DNA of 32,000 bases from Desulfocapsa sulfexigens DSM 10523 (GTDB taxonomy: Bacteria > Desulfobacterota > Desulfobulbia > Desulfobulbales > Desulfocapsaceae), in the NCBI RefSeq assembly GCF_000341395.1, contig NC_020304.1, positions 120,001 through 152,000 of the forward strand, written 5' to 3'. Numbering within the stretch: position 1 is the first letter of the stretch; every line of letters begins with the position of its first letter. The notes under the pieces are model-generated. The model ran no database searches, was not told the DNA's origin, and worked only from the letters and a program-made list of their open reading frames with translations. A program made the translations under genes and the position numbers. Below are positions 16,291-23,123 of the stretch, one piece after another.

Positions 16291-19200
16291 ATGGGAATCC
16301 ATGTTGCCCTGAACCACAAGACCTCATACCATTACGACAAGCGTATCACCCTCTCTCCTCAGATTGTCCGTCTGCGCCCCGCTCCTCACTGCCGGACCCC
16401 CATTCTGAGCTACTCCATGACGGTAACTCCTGAAAAACATTTTATCAACTGGCAGCAGGATCCATTCAGTAACTACCTGGGCCGCCTGGTATTTCCCGAC
16501 AAAACAGACATTTTTGAGGTGGAGATCGATCTGGTGGCGGAGATGATTATCATCAACCCCTTTGATTATTTCCTGGAGCCTGACGCCGAATCATTTCCCT
16601 TTATTTATGAACCGGCTCTCAAACTGGACCTTGCTCCCTATCTGGCCAGAGAAAAGGCTGGGAAAAAGCTCCAGGAGTACATAAACAAGATAGAGCTCAA
16701 ACCAAGACAGACCATCGATTTCCTGGTGGATCTGAACATGAAGCTGAGTCATGATATCAGCTATCTTATCCGCATGGAACCGAACGTGCAAAGCTGTGAA
16801 AAGACCCTCACTCTTGGCAGCGGCTCATGCAGGGATTCTGCCTGGTTGCTGGTCAATATCCTGCGTCATCTCGGTCTGGCTGCCCGTTTCGTTTCCGGTT
16901 ACCTGATCCAGTTGAAACAGGATATCAAATCCCTGGACGGTCCATCGGGAACAGAAGTTGACTTCACCGATCTCCATGCCTGGACAGAGGTTTACATTCC
17001 AGGGGCTGGTTGGGTGGGTATGGATCCAACCTCCGGACTTTTCGCCGGAGAAGGACACATTCCCCTGGCCTGCTCGCCTGAACCACAGAGTGCAGCTCCC
17101 ATCACCGGAGGCCTCGAATTATGTGAAGTTGACTTCAGTCACACCATGAGTGTGACAAGAATTCACGAAGCACCCCGCTCCACCCGCCCCTACCCCGAAG
17201 AAGTCTGGAGAGAGATCGTTGAATTGGGAGAACAGGTTGATCAGAAACTGACCGATGGCGATGTCCGTCTGACCATGGGAGGGGAACCCACATTTGTTTC
17301 AATCGACGATATGGATGGCGCTCAATGGAACACCGACGCCCTTGGAGAAGAAAAACTGGAGCTTTCCGGAATTCTCATTAAGGAACTGCGAAAGAAATGG
17401 GCTCCCGGAGGATTTCTCCATCATGGCCAGGGCAAATGGTATCCGGGAGAGCCCCTGCCCCGCTGGGCCATGGGCTGCTATTGGCGAAAAGACGGTAAAC
17501 CTGTCTGGAAGGATGACCAGTGGCTGGCCGATGCCTCCAAAGATTATGGTTTTGATGCTGGAGATGCCAAACTTTTCATCGAGACACTGGCAGACAATCT
17601 GAGGGTGAGTCAGCGCTATATACGGGAAAGTTACGAAGACATCTTCTATTACCTGTACAAAGAGCAACGGTTGCCGGTAAATGTGGATCCTGCAGATCCA
17701 AAGCTTGACAGTGCTCTGGAACGCGCTCATATGGTACGAGCCTTTCAGCGAGGACTGGGATCAGTGGTCGGCTACGTCCTCCCTCTGCAGCATGGCTCCT
17801 GGAAGAGTGGCCCCTGGCCTTTCCGCGATGGACGGATGTTCCTTGTACCCGGTGATTCTCCTGCCGGCCTGCGCCTCCCCCTGGCCTCTCTGCCATGGGT
17901 AGCCAAAGAGGACATCCAGGAGGGGCACCCCCTGGATCCAATGATAGACAGAGAGCCCTTACCCGAACTGCATGAAAATCAGAAAGTTGTGGAAGGACAG
18001 GCTGTAGCAGTGACAGGTGACAATGTTCATATTCAGCCTGAACCCTATGCTGACCCGGAGCCCGTCAAGGGAGAATCTGCTGCCTGGCTGGTACGCACAG
18101 CCCTCTGCGTGCAGCCCCGGGAAGGACGCCTCTATATATTTATGCCACCGGTGGAATCTCTGGAGGGATACCTTGAGCTGGTGTCCATCGTCGAAGCAAC
18201 TGCCGCACAGACTCAGTTGCCGGTAATCATCGAAGGATATACACCGCCCTTTGACCCGCGCCTCCAGAATCTGAAAATCACCCCGGATCCCGGAGTCATT
18301 GAAGTGAATATCCAGCCCATGCACAGCTGGCAGGAGCTGGTTGAATGTACCACCACCCTTTACGACACTGCCCGAGAGGCACGTCTGGGTACTGAAAAGT
18401 TCATGATTGACGGCCGACACACCGGCACCGGTGGTGGTAATCATATCGTCATCGGTGGATCCACCCCTGGAGACAGCCCGTTTCTACGAAGGCCGGATCT
18501 GCTTCGCAGTTTTGTCACCTTCTGGAATAATCATCCGTCCCTCTCTTTTCTTTTTTCCGGACTCTTTATCGGCCCCACCAGCCAGCAGCCGCGAATTGAT
18601 GAGGCCCGCCATGACAGCCTCTATGAACTGGAAATCGCCTTTGCTGAACTGGACAGACAGACAGGTTCGGATCAGCCCTGCCCTCCCTGGCTGGTGGATC
18701 GAATTTTCCGCCACCTGCTGGTGGACGTTACCGGTAACACCCACCGGGCCGAATTCTGTATCGATAAGCTCTATTCACCGGACAGTGCTAGCGGAAGACT
18801 GGGCCTCCTTGAATTTCGCGCCTTTGAGATGCCTCCCCACGCCCGTATGAGCCTCGCCCAGCAGCTGCTGTTGCGTAGCTTTGTTGCCTGGTTCTGGGAG
18901 ACGCCCTATCGTCAGAGTCTGGTGCACTGGGGAACACGGCTCCATGATCGCTTTATGCTGCCCCAGCCGGTACGGGATGATTTTGCTGATGTCCTGAATA
19001 TTCTGAACCGGGCTGGCTTCCCTGTCTCGATGGATTTTTTCCATCCTCATTTCGAATTTCGCTTTCCCATTTACGGCAAAGTAACGGTTCAGGGCATGGA
19101 GATTGAACTGCGCCAGGCTCTTGAGCCCTGGCACGTATTGGGCGAAGAACCAGGCGGTGGTGGCACTGTCCGCTACGTTGACGGCTCACTGGAGAGGCTC

Positions 19201-19611
19201 CAGGTCAAAGTCTCCGGTATGACAGGAGAACGCTATATTATCACCTGCAACGGTCGTCGAGTTCCTCTGCAGCCAACCACAGTTGAAGGCGTATTTGTTG
19301 CCGGTATCCGCTTCCGTGCCGGAAAACCTCCATCCTGCCTCCATCCTACCATTGATGTTCATGCTCCCCTCACCATTGATCTCTTCGACACCTGGTCCAA
19401 CAGGTCCGTGGGTGGCTGTACCTATCATGTGGAGCACCCAGGCGGACGAAACTCTGAAACACTTTCTGTCAACTCCTATGAGGCGGAAGGACGGCGTAAC
19501 GCTCGTTTCGTTCCCAACCGGCACAGTCCCGTTCGCCCGACAGCTATTCCTGCAGATGAAATGAACCCATCTTTTCCATATACTCTTGATTTGCGCCGCC
19601 ACATCGGATAA
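16291..19611 (+). CDS. Large transglutaminase-like cysteine peptidase fused to a DUF2126-type predicted (circularly permuted COOH-NH2 ligase) amidoligase domain
   Basis: 1106 aa. The N-terminal Bact_transglu_N-like region reads HVALNHKTSYHYDKRITLSPQIVRLRP. The transglutaminase core has an intact Cys-His-Asp triad (GSGSCRDSAWLLV, FTDLHAWTEVYIPGAGWVGMDPTSG). The ~800-aa C-terminal extension matches my recollection of the COG4196/DUF2126 family. Confidence 0.88.
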   Translation: MGIHVALNHKTSYHYDKRITLSPQIVRLRPAPHCRTPILSYSMTVTPEKHFINWQQDPFSNYLGRLVFPDKTDIFEVEIDLVAEMIIINPFDYFLEPDAESFPFIYEPALKLDLAPYLAREKAGKKLQEYINKIELKPRQTIDFLVDLNMKLSHDISYLIRMEPNVQSCEKTLTLGSGSCRDSAWLLVNILRHLGLAARFVSGYLIQLKQDIKSLDGPSGTEVDFTDLHAWTEVYIPGAGWVGMDPTSGLFAGEGHIPLACSPEPQSAAPITGGLELCEVDFSHTMSVTRIHEAPRSTRPYPEEVWREIVELGEQVDQKLTDGDVRLTMGGEPTFVSIDDMDGAQWNTDALGEEKLELSGILIKELRKKWAPGGFLHHGQGKWYPGEPLPRWAMGCYWRKDGKPVWKDDQWLADASKDYGFDAGDAKLFIETLADNLRVSQRYIRESYEDIFYYLYKEQRLPVNVDPADPKLDSALERAHMVRAFQRGLGSVVGYVLPLQHGSWKSGPWPFRDGRMFLVPGDSPAGLRLPLASLPWVAKEDIQEGHPLDPMIDREPLPELHENQKVVEGQAVAVTGDNVHIQPEPYADPEPVKGESAAWLVRTALCVQPREGRLYIFMPPVESLEGYLELVSIVEATAAQTQLPVIIEGYTPPFDPRLQNLKITPDPGVIEVNIQPMHSWQELVECTTTLYDTAREARLGTEKFMIDGRHTGTGGGNHIVIGGSTPGDSPFLRRPDLLRSFVTFWNNHPSLSFLFSGLFIGPTSQQPRIDEARHDSLYELEIAFAELDRQTGSDQPCPPWLVDRIFRHLLVDVTGNTHRAEFCIDKLYSPDSASGRLGLLEFRAFEMPPHARMSLAQQLLLRSFVAWFWETPYRQSLVHWGTRLHDRFMLPQPVRDDFADVLNILNRAGFPVSMDFFHPHFEFRFPIYGKVTVQGMEIELRQALEPWHVLGEEPGGGGTVRYVDGSLERLQVKVSGMTGERYIITCNGRRVPLQPTTVEGVFVAGIRFRAGKPPSCLHPTIDVHAPLTIDLFDTWSNRSVGGCTYHVEHPGGRNSETLSVNSYEAEGRRNARFVPNRHSPVRPTAIPADEMNPSFPYTLDLRRHIG

Positions 19612-19669
19612 CTATGCCAGATCAAACAAGGTGTACTACTATTAAAGAAACAACGAGACCTCCAGCTGT

Positions 19670-22198
19670 ATGAGCACTGCAGACCTGAATAATCCCGCGT
19701 GCCCATGGCCTGCTGCATCTGTGTCCCTGTTTGACGCGGTTACGCTGCCACCTCAGGCCTATTGCGAAGCCTTTTCCTCCCCGGCAAGTGCCCGTGAACA
19801 CTGGCGCCCCCTGCTCTCCGCATTAGATGCCAGGGGAAAACAGGAGCTCTCCCAACTCCAGGATCGCGTCAAACGCAAGTGCCACGAACATGGTGCAACC
19901 TTCAACCCTTTTGACGACCCCACCGAGCAGGAAACCCCCTGGGCTCTGGATATAATCCCGCTTCCCTTTGCCGCAGAGGAATGGGCAAATCTCGAAACAG
20001 GACTTATCCAACGGGCCCGCCTCCTGGATCAGATCCTCGCAGACACCTACGGGGCACAAAACCTGTTGAAGAATGGACAGATGCCAGCCGAACTGGTCTT
20101 TGCCAATCCGCATTTCCTGCACCAGTGTCATGGTATTCGTCCGGCCGCTGGCAAGTTCCTGACCTATTACGCGGCAGACCTTTACAGAGGAGTCGACGGA
20201 TGCTTCCGGGTGCTGCGAGATTACGGTGCAAACCCCATCGGACTCGGTTATGCCCTTGAGAACAGGATCGTCAGTTCACATTTTCTTTCAGACACCTATC
20301 ACAACAATCAGATCCACAGGCTGGCTCCCTTCTTCCAAACCTTTCACCGCAATCTTATCCAACGTGCCGCCCTGCACCGTGAAGATCACGGTATCGTGCT
20401 GCTCTCTCCCGGCCCAGACAGTCTCATCTACTTTGAGCATGCCCTGCTCTCACGTTACCTTGGGTACCCTCTGGTGGAAGGCCAGGATCTGACCATGCGG
20501 AACGGAAAGCTGTTTCTCAAAAAACTGGACGGCCTCGAGGAGGTGGAAGCCATCTTCCGCCACACCGGAGACAACAACAGCGATCCCTTCGCCCTACGGC
20601 GTAAATCAGCAGACGGTGTGGCAGGACTTATCCAGGTTTCCCGTGAGAATAACGTCGATATCGTCAACCCCATCGGCAGTGGATTTATTGATACACCCGT
20701 TCTTCCTGTCTTTCTGCCCAATTTTTGTCGTGAACTACTGAAAGAAGAGCTACTCCTGAAAAGTCATCCTGCCTGGTGGTGTGGGACCCCGGATGGGCGC
20801 AATCATGTTATGGCAAATATGAACACCTTGAATGTCACTTCTGCCATGACCCGATCGACAACTGCTACACGTCCGAGCGACCTGATGAATAATATTGCCG
20901 CCAGCCCCCACGCCTTTATGGCACAGGAACAGGTTTATCCTTCAATGGTTCCCGTCTGGGACAACGGCCGTGTCAATTCCCATTACTCTCTTTTACGGGT
21001 ATTTGCCTGTGCAACGGATCAGGGATTTGCTTTCATGCCTGGAGGGCTGGCCATCACCGCCGCGAATGTAAAGACACTCACCAGTGACCGCCCGGAGCGA
21101 CAGCAAAGCAAGGACGTCTGGGTGTTGTCTGACAAACCGGTTGAGCCTGTGAGCCTTATGAGCAGTCTCCAACAGGTGAGTGAGTTCAGTCGCAGCAGTA
21201 ATCTTCCGAGCCGGGTGGCTGATCATCTGCTCTGGCTGGGACGCTATCTGGAGCGGGCCGAAGGGCTGACACGACTTCTTCTCTCCGTCTTTCGCCGGCT
21301 CTCAGGAGAATTTTCCCCACAAGATATCCCCGAATTACCGTTTCTCCTTAATCTTCTCCGTGAAAAAGATATCATTCCCAAGGCTCCCACTGACAGCAGC
21401 GGTATCCCTCTCTATCGTGAACTCCTCGCCCAACTGAATGGTGCCATGTATCAAAGCGATAAGAATCAGAGTGTTGCCACGGTTCTGAAACAGGTGCAGA
21501 AGGCAGCTCGGCATGTACGGGATCGCCTCTCTCCTGATTCCTGGCGGGTAATCAACAGACTGGAGACCTTTCCGCTGAATTCAGGCAGTGATCCTCTGGA
21601 AGTTCTTGATGACACCCTGTTCAATCTGAGCGCCTTCAGCGGACTGGCTATGGAAAGTATGACCCGTGGGCTGGGATGGCGCTTCATGGACATAGGCCGT
21701 CGCCTGGAACGGGCCATGAATCAGGCCTCCCTTGTACGCATCGGCCTCCCTCAGGTATGCAGAGCATCGGGAACTGCCCTGGAAGCGATGCTTGAGGTGT
21801 CAGACAGTATTATGACATACCGGGCGCGCTACCAGATGGCCTTTCAACTGGCTCCCGTACTGGATTTACTGCTCATGGATGAAACCAATCCTAAATCCCT
21901 GGCTTTTCAGTTCAGCCAGCTGGCTGCACACGTGGAGCATCTTCCCCGGCAGAGCGAACGCAGCTTTTCCAGTCCGGAGGAGCGCATTGTCCTTGAAATA
22001 CTAACCACCGTACGTCTGCTCGATCTCACGGGGATGCTCTGCACAACAAAAGAGAGTAAAAAAAGTTCACTTGCAGCATCTCTTGAATCCATGGAGACCC
22101 TTCTTAAGGAGTTTGCTCAGCAGGTCAGCGCTCACTACCTGAGCCGGGTTCCGACCACCCCCCATTTCTCCATCATACCCGGCAACCGTAAGCCATGA
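19670..22198 (+). CDS. Fusion of a circularly permuted ATP-grasp-like domain (nucleotide-binding motifs degenerate) and an alpha-E domain
   Basis: 842 aa. The N-terminal half is co-linear with the 13757 gene (LDIIPLPF.., RVLRDYGANPIGLGYALENR, LLSPGPDSLIYFEHALL, QSKDVWVL). The C-terminal half starts with the alpha-E hallmark SRVADHLLWLGRYLERAEGLTRLL. The stop overlaps the next start (ATGA at 22195-22198). Confidence 0.87.
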   Translation: MSTADLNNPACPWPAASVSLFDAVTLPPQAYCEAFSSPASAREHWRPLLSALDARGKQELSQLQDRVKRKCHEHGATFNPFDDPTEQETPWALDIIPLPFAAEEWANLETGLIQRARLLDQILADTYGAQNLLKNGQMPAELVFANPHFLHQCHGIRPAAGKFLTYYAADLYRGVDGCFRVLRDYGANPIGLGYALENRIVSSHFLSDTYHNNQIHRLAPFFQTFHRNLIQRAALHREDHGIVLLSPGPDSLIYFEHALLSRYLGYPLVEGQDLTMRNGKLFLKKLDGLEEVEAIFRHTGDNNSDPFALRRKSADGVAGLIQVSRENNVDIVNPIGSGFIDTPVLPVFLPNFCRELLKEELLLKSHPAWWCGTPDGRNHVMANMNTLNVTSAMTRSTTATRPSDLMNNIAASPHAFMAQEQVYPSMVPVWDNGRVNSHYSLLRVFACATDQGFAFMPGGLAITAANVKTLTSDRPERQQSKDVWVLSDKPVEPVSLMSSLQQVSEFSRSSNLPSRVADHLLWLGRYLERAEGLTRLLLSVFRRLSGEFSPQDIPELPFLLNLLREKDIIPKAPTDSSGIPLYRELLAQLNGAMYQSDKNQSVATVLKQVQKAARHVRDRLSPDSWRVINRLETFPLNSGSDPLEVLDDTLFNLSAFSGLAMESMTRGLGWRFMDIGRRLERAMNQASLVRIGLPQVCRASGTALEAMLEVSDSIMTYRARYQMAFQLAPVLDLLLMDETNPKSLAFQFSQLAAHVEHLPRQSERSFSSPEERIVLEILTTVRLLDLTGMLCTTKESKKSSLAASLESMETLLKEFAQQVSAHYLSRVPTTPHFSIIPGNRKP

Positions 22199-23067
22199 GA
22201 TACCGCGTAAGCCATAAAACAACCTACCGCTATTCGGAACCTGCCTCCCTTTCTCAAAACGAGGTATTTCTCCATCCCCGTGAAATTGAAACTCAACGGG
22301 TAATCGAAAGCAGACTGGCCATCGATCCAAAACCGCAATACCAGCACCGTCGTACAGATTACTTTGGCAATATCGCGCAGGTATTCATGGTACAGCATCC
22401 CCACAACGAGCTGACCATGACCGCAACCAGCATTGTGGAAACAGCCCTTCCCGTCACGCCATTAAGCACTCCTCCCTGGGAAAGCGTCGTCCAGCGACTG
22501 GCTGCCCCCGTGCGCCAGTTACCGGACCTTGAAGCCTACCAGTTCGTCTTTGCCAGCCCTCTGATCAGCGTCGCTCCCGGGGTTATGGAATATGCCAGGC
22601 CTTCCTTCCCGCCGGGTACTCCCGTACTGGACGGAGCCATGAACCTGATGGGACGAATATTTAAAGAATTCAGCTACGACACCTCGGCCACCACCGTGGA
22701 TACCACCGTAGAACAACTGCTGGCAGAACGAAAAGGGGTCTGTCAGGATTTTGCCCATTTCGCCATCAGCTGTCTACGATCCATGGGACTGGCGGCACGC
22801 TATGTGAGCGGCTACCTGGAAACCATGCCACCACCGGGTAAACCCAAGATGATCGGAGCCGATGAATCCCACGCCTGGCTCTCTCTCTACATTCCGGACA
22901 CAGGCTGGGTAGACCTGGACCCCACGAACAACATTATTCCAGGTGAAAATCATATCGTTCTTGCCTGGGGGCGGGATTATGGTGATGTCACCCCCGTGAA
23001 AGGAGTGGTAATGGGGGGCGGAATTCACACCCTTTCCCTGATGGTGGATGTTGCCGTACACTCCTGA
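22195..23067 (+). CDS. Transglutaminase-like cysteine peptidase (COG1305-type)
   Basis: 290 aa. The Bact_transglu_N-like start is MRYRVSHKTTYRYSEPASLSQNEVFLHPRE. The catalytic triad context is KGVCQDFAHFAISCLRSMGLAARYVSGY and ESHAWLSLYIPDTGWVDLDPTN. Confidence 0.9.
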   Translation: MRYRVSHKTTYRYSEPASLSQNEVFLHPREIETQRVIESRLAIDPKPQYQHRRTDYFGNIAQVFMVQHPHNELTMTATSIVETALPVTPLSTPPWESVVQRLAAPVRQLPDLEAYQFVFASPLISVAPGVMEYARPSFPPGTPVLDGAMNLMGRIFKEFSYDTSATTVDTTVEQLLAERKGVCQDFAHFAISCLRSMGLAARYVSGYLETMPPPGKPKMIGADESHAWLSLYIPDTGWVDLDPTNNIIPGENHIVLAWGRDYGDVTPVKGVVMGGGIHTLSLMVDVAVHS

Positions 23068-23123
23068 TTATCGGTCGTTAAGGAACCGTTCAGCCACGCA
23101 GCATACTGAAATGTGAGTTAAAA

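Noticed and set aside
13865-22404. Numerous 60-160-aa ORFs on the minus strand or in alternative frames within the ATP-grasp/alpha-E/transglutaminase genes (e.g. 15538..15963, 15861..16319, 17299..17730, 17959..18444, 18407..18850, 19186..19602, 22135..22404)
   Set aside because: They are embedded in long ORFs that have family-specific motifs. Their translations are Arg/Ser/Pro/Gly-rich, as expected from off-frame readings of moderately GC-rich coding DNA.
23068-23123. An expected bidirectional terminator between the convergent transglutaminase and kinase genes
   Set aside because: I could find only 3-4-bp complementary stretches in the 56-nt spacer, so no terminator is called.
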